In this document: piece by piece, positions 27,571-40,710 of the stretch
Layout of the letters: each line of letters starts with the position of its first letter
Numbering within the stretch: the stretch's first letter is position 1
From: Owenia fusiformis
Lineage: Eukaryota
NCBI GenBank assembly: GCA_903813345.2
Contig: CAIIXF020000001.1
Location: 45,384,001 to 45,448,000 of the forward strand
Reading direction: 5' to 3'
Length of the DNA: 64,000 nucleotides
Translations under genes and position numbers: made by a program
Notes under the pieces: generated by a model
Seen by the model: the letters and a program-made list of their open reading frames with translations, nothing else
Databases searched by the model: none
Told to the model about the DNA's origin: nothing

Positions 27571-28965
27571 TTCCTCCTTTCACTCTCTCATTTCTTCCCA
27601 AGCCTCCCATCCTGCACAAATAAATAAAACTGTAATAATTTTCTAGGACAACCAAAGGAGAGGACTTAGAATAGGCGAAAGCCTCTTGTCCGATCCTTTT
27701 CGTCAAATTGTATAAATATAATGTATGTAAAACTTATAGACGAATAAAATATTTTTAATAATAATACGTCAAGCCCAGTAATGTCATTAGAGTAGCGAAA
27801 CTTCAATTTATGATATCGATTTGTAGAAAAGTTGGAATCTCGCTTCATTAATATGGGACCATTCACAATTAATAAAATTGGTTTATCAAATTACATTTCC
27901 AATTTGCTTTCTTTATTCAGGATATTAATTATAAGAGACTATTTTAGATTTGTGTAAATCGCTTTTGTTGATGGTTTAGAAGCGCGATTGGCAATACTTA
28001 AAGAACAAAGAAAAACACACTGAAACGAAACCAAACATAAACCACTGAAACGAACGATGCACAAACAACAAGAAACAAACAAGTAAACAAGGTAACAAAC
28101 AAAACTTATATTGGTTTTTCGTAATGAAATCAATAAAACACGTCACAAGTTGAAGGTGAACGAATTCAATAAGCCAAACAATTTCAAAACACGATCGGTA
28201 AACCACTTCCTACTAAAAGAAAATACGGATATGAGAGACGAACAAGAAGAAAGACAATCGTTGTTTGGGTTTTACTATTAGACTCTTATGAATTAAGTGT
28301 CGATTTAGCGACAGGTACCTCTTCATACAAAAAATGTCCTGGTAGAGTTTTCATGGACATGTTTTTTCATTTTAGTGTAAAACACAAGTACATTGTATGT
28401 CTTGTCAAATGGGCTTAGTAAATTAAAATCATGGGTTGAGAAATAGAAAGTCATCCTTGGCCCAAGAGTAATTCATTGCATTACATTATGATCTGCTATG
28501 AGAGCAGTGAAGGACCGATCTTGAAGGATGTAGAAAGTGAAAAGTAGGATGACACGAGTTTCTGGAGTGCTGGAGATCTGCTGGATATAACTTGTTATTA
28601 GCGTTGTCATGGTTGTGTTCAGTCGATTATTATCACACTAATGCTCCATACGATACTCCTATTTAATTCATATTAATATGCAGATATATAAGATGAGTCA
28701 AGTCTAAGATATATCTGATCGACCCTCTCTTGGCCACTAACTGTCACAGTATGGCATGTAATAATGAACAAAGTTGAATCGATAACATTGAATTTGTCGG
28801 CGGAAATCTGGTCTTTTTGTAATGCAATTCTGCATTTGTCTTTCTTCTAACAAGATTAAACTCTTAGAACTGTGGATACGGGGTTATTCAGCCGTAGCAC
28901 TGTCACGAGTTATGAGATTGATTAATCAAATGAGAGTTAATGTGAACTTGGTGTGTATCATAGAC

Positions 28966-30515
28966 GAGCTTGGTGCGGAAAGTCACTTTTATTTGCTAAT
29001 TTCTCCAGCCCCCATGTTATTTCAATGGGAGTTTTTATCAAAAATTGATAAAAGTTTCGCTAATTTAGATAAATTTGTCTAAATCTGAAAAACAATTTGC
29101 TTTACTAGTAATCAAAACTATTGGTAAAAAATTTTGGGTGGGGAGTCGATGCGAAGACAAAAGTGCACAAGTTAAATTAGCTAAAATTGATAAGTATGAT
29201 AATTATCAAAAGTATTGCTTTTATCGCTAAAAAATTTTGGGTCTGGAGGTGATGTTCAGAGAAAATGGCACCAGGTAAATTAGCATTAGCTGATAATATC
29301 AGCTAAAAGTGATAAATTTGATAATTATCAAAACTATCGCTTTTATCGCTAACATTTTTTGGGTCTGGCGTTTTTATCGCTAAAAAATTTTGGGTCTAGA
29401 GGTGATGTTCATAGAAAATGGCACCAGGTAAATTAGCATTAGCTGATAATATCAGCTAAAAGTGATAAATTGATAATTATCAAAACTATCGCTTTTATCG
29501 CTAAAAAAAATTTGGGTCTTGAGCTTTTATCGCTAAAAAATTTTGGGTCTGGAGGTGATGTTCAGAGAAAATGGCACCAGGTAAATTAGCATTAGCTGAT
29601 AATATCAGCTAAAAGTGATAAATTTGATAATTATCAAAACTATCGATTTTATCGCTAAAAAAATTGGGGTCTGGAGCTTTTATCACTAAAAAATTTTGGG
29701 TCTGGAGGTGATGTTCATAGAAAATGGCACCAGGAAAAATTAGCATTAGCTGATAATATCAGCTAAAAGTGATAAATTTGATAATTATCAAAACTATCGC
29801 TTTTATCGCTAACATTTTTTGGGTCTGGCGTTTTTATCGCTAAAAAAATTTGGGTCTGGAGGTGATGTTCATAGAAAATGGCACCAGGTAAATTAGCATT
29901 AGCTGATAATATCAGCTAAAAGTGATAAATTGATAATTATCAAAGCTATCGCTTTTATCGCTAAAAAGAATTTGGGTCTTGAGCTTTTATCGCTAAAAAA
30001 GTTTGGGTCTGGAGGTGATGTTCATAGAAAATGGCACCAGGTAAATTAGCATTAGCTGATAATATCAGCTAAAAGTGATAAATTTGATAATTATCAAAAC
30101 TATCGTTTTTATCGCTAAAAAAATTTTGGGTCTGGAGTCAATGTTAGGAAGAAAAGGGCATAAGTGAAATTAGCATTAGCTGATATTATCAGCTAAAATT
30201 GATAATAATCAAATTTATCTGATATTATCAGCTAATGCTAATTTCATGTCTGCCATGTATCAAAATTATCAAATTTATCGATAATTGATATTTATCAAAT
30301 TTATGGCTAATTGATAAAATTTATCGATAGTTGATAATTATCAAATTTATCGCTAATTGATAAAAGTGAAAGGCACATATGAAATTAGCATTAGCTGATA
30401 ATATCAGCTAAAATTGATAATTATCAAATTTATCGCTAATTGATAAAAATTATCGATAAATGATAATTATCAAATTTATCGCTAATTGATAAAAACGAGT
30501 TTCCGCACCTAAATG
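28966..30515. mobile_element. hAT-like non-autonomous element (8-bp TSD TCATAGAC) filled with a palindromic satellite
   Basis: TSD at 28958-28965 and 30516-30523. Imperfect TIRs GAGCTTGGTGCGGAAAGTC and GAGTTTCCGCACCTAAATG. Confidence 0.85.
29220..30200. repeat. About 153-bp tandem satellite, about 6 copies, inside the hAT-like element
   Basis: Unit contains GGGTCTGGAGGTGATGTTCAKAGAAAATGGCACCAGG and the palindromes TAGCTGATAATATCAGCTA and TTTGATAATTATCAAA. Confidence 0.93.
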
Positions 30516-30604
30516 TCATAGACTCGATAAAACTCATAAAACGAGCAACCGAGATTTTTTCGAATTAAATTCCAGTATTGAACTTCGGTTCTCTACTTTA
30601 ATAA

Positions 30605-30742
30605 AATGTGGCCCCCTAAATTCAAAAATTGAAAATTTAGATTAAAAAGGCCTAAAAAGACCAAGTAATACTCAAAAGGCCCACTAATCGAGGCCATACA
30701 GACATTTTTTCTGGGCCCACCCAAGGGCTGGATCCGCCAGTG
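30605..30742 (+). mobile_element. 5'-truncated copy of the GGGCCC-rich MITE
   Basis: Ends TTTCTGGGCCCACC...GGATCCGCCAGTG like the copy at 8241-8518. The left TIR is not seen. Confidence 0.7.
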
Positions 30743-33700
30743 TTAGGTACCTGGCATTCATTGTCCATAGTGAAACTCTCATTAAATGCGTACCCTTTGC
30801 ATTCGTTTGACTTCACTTCTTAAAAGAGAGCTTCGTCTTCTTGTAGTTTAACTAGACTCTGCGCGCAGGGTATTAAATGCGTCATAGCTACTTTAAATTT
30901 GGGGTCTTTTAGATCTAATCAGCATTAGAATATGTATATTTCTCATATTATGAAATCGTCGTCACGGAAAATCACTACCATAACAAACAACGTAGCGTTT
31001 CCAGCAGCTGACAAGCTAACGTTCAGCAAAACTGGTCGATACATTTTACTTCTGACAATATGTCATCAACGTTATAATTATAAACAAATATTTCATTGTA
31101 TCGAGAAGAATACCTTTTTATCTTGATGTGGAATGATGTTCTCCGCATCGTAGATCTACCCTGATTAAGTTTTCCCTTTTAACTTTTTAATGTCGCAATA
31201 TGGGGATCCAAGTAGTGTGGTTAAACCGATAGATCATATTGTAAGAACTTACATTTTAGGCTCTTACGCCTTCATATCCATAATATCTTCTCAAACAAAC
31301 GTCTTGAACTATCAAGCAAAGTATGTTACAATCTCATTTGTAAATATAAAGAACATCCGCCATCCATTACGGAGTAGGATAGGAAGAGTTTTGCGCTCTA
31401 GGGATCAAATAATTTTTTAGACGTCAGAGGTGTTCTTAAAGCATGTTTTGAAGTACAGCTTGATATTCCGCAACGGACAAATCTTTCGATCCCATTGTAA
31501 TACTCCTCACATCTTTCTGCCTCCAATGAGAAATATGCTATGGTCTTCTAGAGAGCAGCTAAAAGAAGTCCATGATTTCTCATGATGTTTCGATCCTACT
31601 CACCTGAGGCCCAGGAATACGTTAAAAATGTTTAAAATGCCCCCTAGTGTACAGAGTTGTTAATGCGTGGTGTATACATCATATAAGAGATTACTTACAT
31701 ATAAGAATAAGACTTTTATAAGCTCAATGGATAAGATAAGTTTTTTTTATCAATGACAGTATACCCGGGCCTCAGCTACTCACCTTATATCGCGCTATAG
31801 AGCTGGGTAGCACTGGGTAACCAGAAAACACAATCCCGGGAACACAATCGCCACTTCAAGTACATCTCCTTGTTTTTTTCTGGCGTATTGGCCCTCATTT
31901 ACATATCATGCGTTTAAGTTAATAAATTATGTAGCTAACGATGTGAACAGATTGCAATGAAATAGAGTAAAATTAGCGCAAAACGGTGTTGAAAAGGTGC
32001 CTAGGTCTGAAAAATCTAACCGCTATATAACCGCTACTTTAGGACATGCAAAGCCCCGGATGACGATGTCATTTCAATTCGTTTGGTACACATACTAAGG
32101 CCCGAGTATCAAATAAGCCATTGCTCTATGCTCTATGTTAGATGGTAAATCTTCCAAATGTTTTGATAGATAAAGTCGTTACAGCTGTCATCAACAGGAA
32201 TACTTTAGAATGGTATGCCTAATCGCTTATACTCAAATAAATTGCAAAATACATTGTATGTGTAGTATCACATCAACACGTGGCTTATTTGGAGCTTATC
32301 TGTTACTGGTTTGGAGCTAAAAGACGGAAATAGACTATAATCACTCTTACACTTGATCCCCGTAGAGTGGAGGGGCTGTATCTGTGTGATATAGATAAAT
32401 GCCTCCATTCAGACACTAGTGTAATCTGTATTACGACAAAGATTTGTCGATATTTTCGATAAGGTCTATCTCCTCCGTCCGGGAAACCCAATTTGTCTTC
32501 CCTCAGGTCAAGGGCATACATGAAGTCTAAATCGTAGTCACGTATCCAGTGGATGGATAGTCGACCGCTTTAGCATAGTATCTGCTGTGGTTAGTCCACC
32601 ATTTGAAAGCTATCTCGGATTTTGAATGGAGTATTTACACAGAAAGATGCAGGCCTGGTGAAATTAACCGCGGATAATGTTGAACCTCAAAATGGAACGT
32701 GGAATTCAGAATGAAAGTCGATAAAATATAGAACCATCTGACCTCGAGCAAATTATGATTTATATTTGGAAAAATGATTAGTCGAATTCTGGCGGTAGAG
32801 GTAATATGCCCATTGATTTTTAGTTATAAACACAATTATAACACGCTGTCTGTCCAAAATAAGTCTGCGTTATGTAAGATTCTCTAAGGTCATGTATGTT
32901 CAATGTCACACAAACAATGTCGAGGCCAGGGCAAGAAGGGTTCGCTCGAGCCCCCCCCCCGCCCCATACCCCCTGATGTCCACTCTATTGATATGCAATT
33001 TACTCCCAAGTTATCTCCCATGTTAGTATTTCTTACTTCCCCCAAATCCATAGGTGAATTTCACTTTCTGACGATTACAAATGATGCTGGATTTCTATGC
33101 TGATAGCGTTGGTTAAGTTTCTCACTGATTTACACTCCCTTTTAAAATTTTGGCAACCCTAACTACTCGATAGGACTACGTATATATTTTTGTAAGCTCT
33201 GCCACTCAGGGTATTCCCCACTGCACCGTTTACCTGGGAATGGCGATTCAATAATTTGAATATCGCATTAGAAATGATGTTAATTTATCCCGCAAAAGTG
33301 GAGCTTTCATTGAGTATATATGCAAGCTAGATATAGACCACACATGGAAGAAAGTGTAGCACTAGTGTCATCATATTTTCTGGCTGTATATTCTGATTGG
33401 TTATGAACTAAATCATATACTATTATAATGATCTCTTGATTATAGAGTGAGAGACGAATTCGACATCTTGCAGAGGGTATTGTAACATAGAAAGTTACAA
33501 TATACAACATATGGAACAAATGTTGCGGAAGATGGCATAAGACTGGTATAAACAAGCAAATTCCCCATAATCTAACGACACATAGGAAATAAAGCATATG
33601 TAAATACCTCACCATATCTCCACTTTATGTCATTGTTTGAATGTAAATTGTATTGCAATATTTATCTCCCTCTGTGGATCTACAAGCCATCAATACCTTA

Positions 33701-34419
33701 TCTAATCAAATTAAGAAACAATTTCATACGATTTATGTGTTCATGTATTCTTCAAAGCATACAGCATTAATCCATTTGCGATGGAGTGACCCATTTTGCA
33801 TGTCTTCGTCACTGAACACGATGAAAATTGGATTGGGCGGGGTATACCTTATTTCTCGATGCCGTTCAAAGAGTCCAATTAAATTAGTTTAGTTTAATAT
33901 ACGTCTGGCAAATGTCAATACATGTCTGGAACCCTAGCTCTTTATTATAGAGAAGACTATGAAAATTTGTGCCAAAAACACTGTCGACATGAGGTAAACA
34001 TAGGAAATGTCTTCACATGGAATAGCTAGTATTACTGTGTCTTTTTCTAAGTCTTGCTTTGACTTCTAACTTACAACAATATTTTTACCAATGAGTCAAA
34101 TGAGATGTCGCATTTTCACAAGTGATACATAAATCCATTGATGTCAAAATGTAAGCACACTAACATCTTTCGATACGGTTTCTTTCCTTTATGATGTGTT
34201 TTCTCCGGATTCAGAGAAACCGAGAGAAAATTCATTTTAAATCACATCATCCTGAATCCCGTTGTTCTGGTCAATCAATAATGTGTACCATTCTGCTTTA
34301 ACAGATCTTCTTATCTATCCAGCTTAAGGACTAAACCTCATAGGAGAAAGATCAAGACAAAAAAGTGACTGTTTGAATCGCGATGATGATGCAACCATTA
34401 ATCGATTCTTCTGAATGTC

Positions 34420-35000
34420 CAAACCTTTGATTTAAACTTATGATTACCGTGCCCCTTTCACCAAAGATAAGCTGACTGAATGTATGAGCCGTACTTGAGG
34501 TAACATCCAACCACTGACAGACTGACATGCTGCACTCAAAGCGATTATTATATCTAACAGAAGGTTCATTTTAAGAATACATGACCCCGACTATTCTTGG
34601 CCCATTCTCTTTTTACGTGGCTCAAAAGACTTTTAACATATATGAGAGGGACTAGCCAGGAACCAGCCACGACATTACTGCATGTTTATGAGTTATTTCG
34701 GTGAATGTAAGGTTAAACATATCTATTTCAAAACTGATATTGATGAAAATGTTAGTCCTTGTTCGATCTCTAACGCGTCAAACAAAACTTTTCATCTACC
34801 CCTTTCGCTGCTTTAAAGAGCGCTTCATCTATAACTTCTACTTGCATCTGGGTATATTTGCAAATGTCCTACCATCGTTTCATGACAACACTCGTTTCAT
34901 GACAAGAAACTTCAAATGGTATATGCTTAATCATGAGCATCCTTCTTCAAAGGACTTCATTTATGCTTAAATTCAAATATACTTGTAAAATACCCTTGCA
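34420..35000 (+). pseudogene. Possible highly decayed LINE reverse-transcriptase remnant
   Basis: Fragmentary translations YDYRAPFTKDKLTECM and ITACL...LFR..M...RL resemble pre-RT and RT-start motifs in the expected order. There are many stops and frameshifts. Confidence 0.3.
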
Positions 35001-36249
35001 GCAAGGATGAATCATGAGTTGCTCTAGTGAAGCTGTATGAGTCCAACATATTACGTGAATTGATAACAATAAAATAAACAATGAAGTTGCATTATCTAAT
35101 GGGACATCCTTGTAGGAAGTACTTAGGAAAAGTATATGACCCGATGAGATATCATAAGTGGACGAGAGAGTACATCTTAAGCCAAATGAATCAATGGTTC
35201 ATAGTGAATAACTTAATTAAGCCATTATCGCTATTTTGAGACCAATCACATCTCTCTGCAATGGATCTGGCGTGTTGCTTCCTTTCAAGAGCCTAGAGAT
35301 GACATTGTTTGACACGAATTATCGCTGTATGTTTGTCATTTCCACTATTTCTAATGTAACACAAAATGGCAAACGTTGGTATAACTTAGACTGAACAATG
35401 ACCAGCCTACTTAGCTCTACCATACCTAGCCATAATTATAGTTCTCGATCAGGAGAGATTCTCCCAAGAAAAAAATACTGACACTCTTTGGTTTATAACG
35501 TTTTAAAGCTTCTGTTCTCATTCAGTGGTAATTTCCTGGGGGGCGACGAATTGCACTGGAAATAGGATGTGGAATTGTATACTAGTAGTTGACTTAATGG
35601 TGCATTATATTAAAACAATGTGGTTTGTTATGATAGCTATGTCATGTTATTATCAATATCTGTACGTGTAGTTATTTGAAACAACAGTGGGTTGTATATT
35701 CCGGTAGATACTGCAATTGGAATTATGTGATTAAGTAATGCATAACATGAGATATTAGTAATACCAGAGGCAAACAAACGTCTGTGTCATCCTGTTCCGA
35801 CACACGGAGTACGTAGGTTGTGTGTCAAAAAATCGCTTTCAAAGGTGCTATATATTTCAGATCAGAGCTAGGTTACATTTAATTCTACCATTGGAAAGTT
35901 TACTCTATTTGTAATAAAAGCATATGACATTTAAATATATAGTGTTAAGTACCACAAGGACTTATGGCATATGGTTTCCAGCAGGATGCCTATTTGTGTT
36001 CAGATGCCAGAAAAAGCACGTCATTTCTCATGGGATTGCCTGTAAATTTCACATATATACCCGTTGGAACTGCGAAGTAATATGTCATTCTGCGCTCTGT
36101 TTACATAATATTTAAATAAGGAAGTTAATGTTGATCGTTTTGTCATTGTAATTGCAATTTTATTAGAAATACAGCGTGCCAACCAATAATTTGGGAACAA
36201 CTTTCTCAATAATTAAAACAAACACATAAATATGATTTTTATGTGTGTG

Positions 36250-36717
36250 TAGTGTTCGATGGATAAAAAATTGTTGGTATGCTTGCACAGCATCAACAGC
36301 TTGGGAATTAAGAGATATTTCTTTTTTCGCAGAGGCATGCTCTGTTACAAAATCACTCGAAAATGTAAAATAGAAATTCTGTTTTTCTTAATTTTAACCC
36401 AATATGCAAATCGCAGTTCATCAAATTTGATAAAAGTATTTATGGAAAGTGGGTAGATATGACATAGTATTGATAACAAATGTGTAAGCTAGTGAAAGTA
36501 ATCCAGAATTGACAGAAATCCCAATTTTAGAAAATTGTAATTTTGAACATTTTTTGACGATTTCACAGAGAGCATGCCTATACGGAAACGTATATCTCTA
36601 TTAAATTTCAAAGTTGTTGATGCTATCCAAGTAGAACATGTTATCCATTGAACACTCTTTCTACACAATGAAAAAAGTTGCTCGAAAATTAGTGGGTGGC
36701 ATTTTTGTGTCACCCTG
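36250..36717. mobile_element. Tc1/mariner-type MITE fragment (one terminus)
   Basis: Ends ...TTTTTGTGTCACCCTG|TA like the termini at 10923 and 45685. The left boundary is uncertain. Confidence 0.45.
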
Positions 36718-37211
36718 TATTCAAGGAACAAGCAAAGGAAATTTGTCACTTATGTGACGAAGCATAATATAAATTATCGAATGATAGCGTTTTTACTAAT
36801 GACTTAAAATAATCCACATAGCGATCTTTTCAGGGTGTCAATGTCGATAAAAATAAAGATCTGATTTTCAACAGGGTGACGTGTAAGTTTTCAACTTCTT
36901 GGCATCTTTTCTTTGTGTACAAAGTCTACTTTGATATTCAATGGACGCTCTTCTAATTAAGGTACATATGCACTAGCGATACTTTTTGTTGGCAATGTCC
37001 GAACGATTCATCCATTTTCCTGTAGAGATAATTGATCAATCTATTGTTATTCTGAGTAGAGACAGACCTCCCCTGATCTTCGAATGCAAGTTGTACATTG
37101 AATACATGATCTAACATGTGCCTGTCTCAGAATTTAAAGGATCACGTCCAATATAATAATAGCGGGGGATGTATCACACTTTCTAGACGATGCAACGTCG
37201 TCCGTGGTCCA

Positions 37212-37680
37212 GCACCATGACAAACCATTACATCTAAATTCTTCTCAGCCATGAGGTGACATGTTATTATGGGTAAGATTTCGTAACCCAAGAGAGTCCA
37301 GATTTGAGGTATTTGAGATCTTTCATCATTTTTCATCTCAGCTTATATTTCATCTAACCATCAAACGTGTACAGAGATCACCTGTGTCTGTGTTGTTGAT
37401 ATGTGATGGCAATGGTAATGGAATACTTATTTATTGTAAAATGGAGTCCGATAATTACATGATGACTATAACACATAATGACAAGTGAACAGTTCTCGTC
37501 AGATGAGCTGATATCAAAGAATATATACATATCATAATAATTTAAAGAGCGTGTTTCCAGAAAAACAGAAATATGTGAGTACAGGATATTGGTCAAGGGG
37601 TATTTCCATTCTGATACTCAGAACATCTTTCTGTTTCAGGGCTGAGAAGAAATGAGATGTCATGGTTTATCATGATGGGG
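37212..37680. mobile_element. Two head-to-head copies (one full, one internally deleted) of an ~365-bp dispersed MITE
   Basis: 37212-37595 is the diverged reverse complement of 46449-46815. 37606-37680 joins the two ends of the same element at a TCA microhomology. Confidence 0.7.
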
Positions 37681-39299
37681 TAGCCTATTTCACTTATTTC
37701 ACAATGAGCGTCTGTAACAGTGCATCCAATGGACTTGTAGGATGTGTTTTCTAAGTGGTTCACCACTAAGGGTTGAAGGGGGTTCCGACTTATAAATGGA
37801 ATATAAGATGTATATAGGAGTACTATTGAATACAATATATGGGTGGTAAAATGGATATTGAGAAGAAACATGAAATGTGAAGGCAGGTAGTATTATCTCT
37901 CTGTTAGAACATAGCCCATTACTGTATCTGTAAATGAACCAAATGGAAAATATTACCACTCTCCCTGTAGAACATAGCCCATTACATGTAAATAAACCAA
38001 ATTATGCATCGTGAATCTGGCAATTATTCTGATCAGTGTTGTAATCCTGACACGAACCACCGATAGCAGTTATGATACAGGTTGATGCTAAAGACCGCTT
38101 TATTGTCCTTTTGGGGACAATGAAATGAAAGCCAGTTGCATGTCAGTGCAAAGTGAGATCAATTCTGATTTGGAGTCACTTTCTAACTTCTGATTCAATA
38201 TTAGTCTAGACCCAAAAATCATTTCTTGTTTGAAGAGGGTATACTATGTCAATCTCTTGCAAAGGGCGCCAGATTAACAAAAAATGTAGTAACTAACTTA
38301 CCTATTTGTGGATAGATCCGCTGATGAAAGCTTCTCTGTATCAAAGAGTGAATATCCTGAAATGGCGGTAATTGATGTTTCCTATGGTCGGCCAATGCCC
38401 GTTTTAATGCCAAGAAGCTGTGTAAGGAATCCTTAATTGAGTATCCAAGTGTAAGTTTGCAGTTAAACTGGAGTAAAATCTCCCTATCGAACTATGAAAG
38501 CAATTGTGTTATATCCGTATATCTGGCTTACTAACCTAACAAGCGACAAGAACAGCGCTGGAAACTCTTTTTATGCCTTCGTCGTCCCGTTTCAATTACA
38601 TAGAACAATCTTCTAATACTGTACTCCGGTGCTGGAGTAATGCAACCCTTATCCGTGGCGCTATCAGACTAATGCCTTGATTGGTTTGTGCTTTCTGTGT
38701 ATATAGGCAGAATTGCTGCCAAACTTCTACAGATCCAGAACACTAGCAATTTTATTTCCTAACTTAATTTTGCGGAGTAGAATTACGTTCAAGACGTTCT
38801 TATTTATCAATATTCTGAACTATCTGTAGTTCACAAATGCATTCTGTAGGCCTGTTTATAAAACTAATTCCTGAGTTGGCATTTGCCGTATATCATGGTG
38901 TATATGTTGATCTTGTTATGGATGTCAGTATAAACCGCCATACGTGTATTTACTAATGATCTACCCAAGACCATATCAAAACAGACAGTTACTCGAGATA
39001 GAAAGCAGCTTTGGATAAAAAGGACATGCGAAGGAATACATGCTAAGGAAATTGCAATTGAAATGCAATCGATCGTACGTAAGTGCACATCCGGAAAAGT
39101 TGAAGAAGAGACATCTATCCAAATATCGCGCATTCAAATTCAAGAACAAATGCAAAATGATTTTACTGTTGAGAATCTACCTTTACAATGAAATATTTCC
39201 ATCGATCGTGTTGAGTTTATAAATGTGAAACAATAGTCAAGATCACGTTTTATTGTTTTGTTACAGTTATTGTTATGTACCTTGAAATGTGATCTAAAT

Positions 39300-39753
39300 G
39301 CTAAAAATACATGGTGGGAAATAAAAAATTGGACACTTTCTATCATTCTTAAAAATATTTAGGACCGCGAAAAAAGATGAGGAATTTACTTAGCTTTAGA
39401 GGATATAATATTATGTGACTTATTTTCAGTAGTTGTAGACATTTTGACAGTTTTTGATTGTGATGTCACAATTCACAAAAACAGATTTTACTTTCTAAAA
39501 AAGAAGACATTTATGAAAAAGGATGCCCAATTTGTCTTTAGATGTCATAACTGCTCTTAATAGCTCTCAACCTCAGAAAAGTCATAACTGTACATTGAGT
39601 ATGCCTTCCTGAAACTTTTGATTTGGATTTGGGATTTTACATGTATGTACAAAAATGTTCAAACATTATAATCCTTAATTTTTCGACATTTGGCTTACAT
39701 TTGCTCTTTTAAATAGAATATACATAGGAGAGTCCCATTTTTTGCCCACCCTG
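39300..39753. mobile_element. Tc1/mariner-type MITE fragment (one terminus)
   Basis: Ends ...TTTTTGCCCACCCTG|TA. The left boundary is uncertain. Confidence 0.4.
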
Positions 39754-39799
39754 TATACCGTATCTGAATACAACTGTGGTACAAGTCATATTGAATTCA

Positions 39800-40511
39800 C
39801 AACCTGGCAATACAGACCACCTCCTGTTACAGACCACACCTGGCAATAAAGACCATCTTCTGCTAATACAGACCACCTCCTGTTACAGAATACACCCTGG
39901 TAATTCAGACCATCTTCTGGCAATACAGACCACTTAACTGGTAATACAAACCACCTAGTTGGCGATACAGACCACCCTCTGGCAATGCAGACCACCTCCT
40001 GGCAATACAGAACACCTCTTGGCTATACAGACCACCTCCTGGCAATACAGACCATCTCTTGGCAATACAGACCACCTCTTGGCAATACAGACCACCTCCT
40101 GGCAATACAGAACACCTCTTGGCTATACAGACCACCTCCTGGCAATACAGACCACCTCTTGGCAATACAGACCACCTCTTGGCAATACAGACAACCTTCT
40201 GACAATAAAGACCACCTCCCGGCAAAATACAGACCACCTTTTGGCAATACAGACCACCTCCTGGCAATACAGAACACCTCTTGGCAATACAGACCACCTC
40301 CTGGCAATACATACCACCTTCTGACAATAAAGACCACCTCCCGGCAAAATACAGACCACCTCCTGGCAATACAGAACACCTCTTGGCAATACAGACAACC
40401 TCCTGGCAATACAGACCACCTCTTGGCAATACAGACCGCCTCCTGGCAATATGTAGACCACCTCCTGGCAATACAGACCACCTCTTGGCAATACAGACCA
40501 CCCCTTGGCAA
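39800..40511. repeat. 20-bp minisatellite, about 35 copies
   Basis: Unit GGCAATACAGACCACCTCYT, degenerate at the left edge. Confidence 0.97.
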
Positions 40512-40710
40512 ATTTCGATTGGTCTATGGCTTTAGCCACGCCACTGATACTTACTTTATTTAGTTATCTTTATATTTTATGAATGATCATTTTTATAGTC
40601 ATTTTACGAGAGGGAGTGGAACAAGAATAACTATGATAGCCAATGGAAGAAATACGTAATTTTTCCCTGAAAGTGCGATTTTGTACTTTTTTTACAAAGA
40701 AGGTATTTAA

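Larger units (their letters stand above)
22682..27763 (+). mobile_element. Full-length CR1/L2-group non-LTR retrotransposon with 12-bp TSD
   Basis: ATACGTCAAGCC at 22670-22681 and 27764-27775 brackets ORF1 and ORF2. The 3' UTR has a stem-loop, an AATAAA and a short (TAA)n tail. Confidence 0.95.

Noticed and set aside
1..40511. Tandem arrays as CRISPR arrays
   Set aside because: Units are contiguous without unique spacers, there are no cas genes, and the context is eukaryotic.
39786..40563. Overlapping ORFs in many frames
   Set aside because: The 20-bp repeat is largely stop-free on both strands; there is no evidence of coding.
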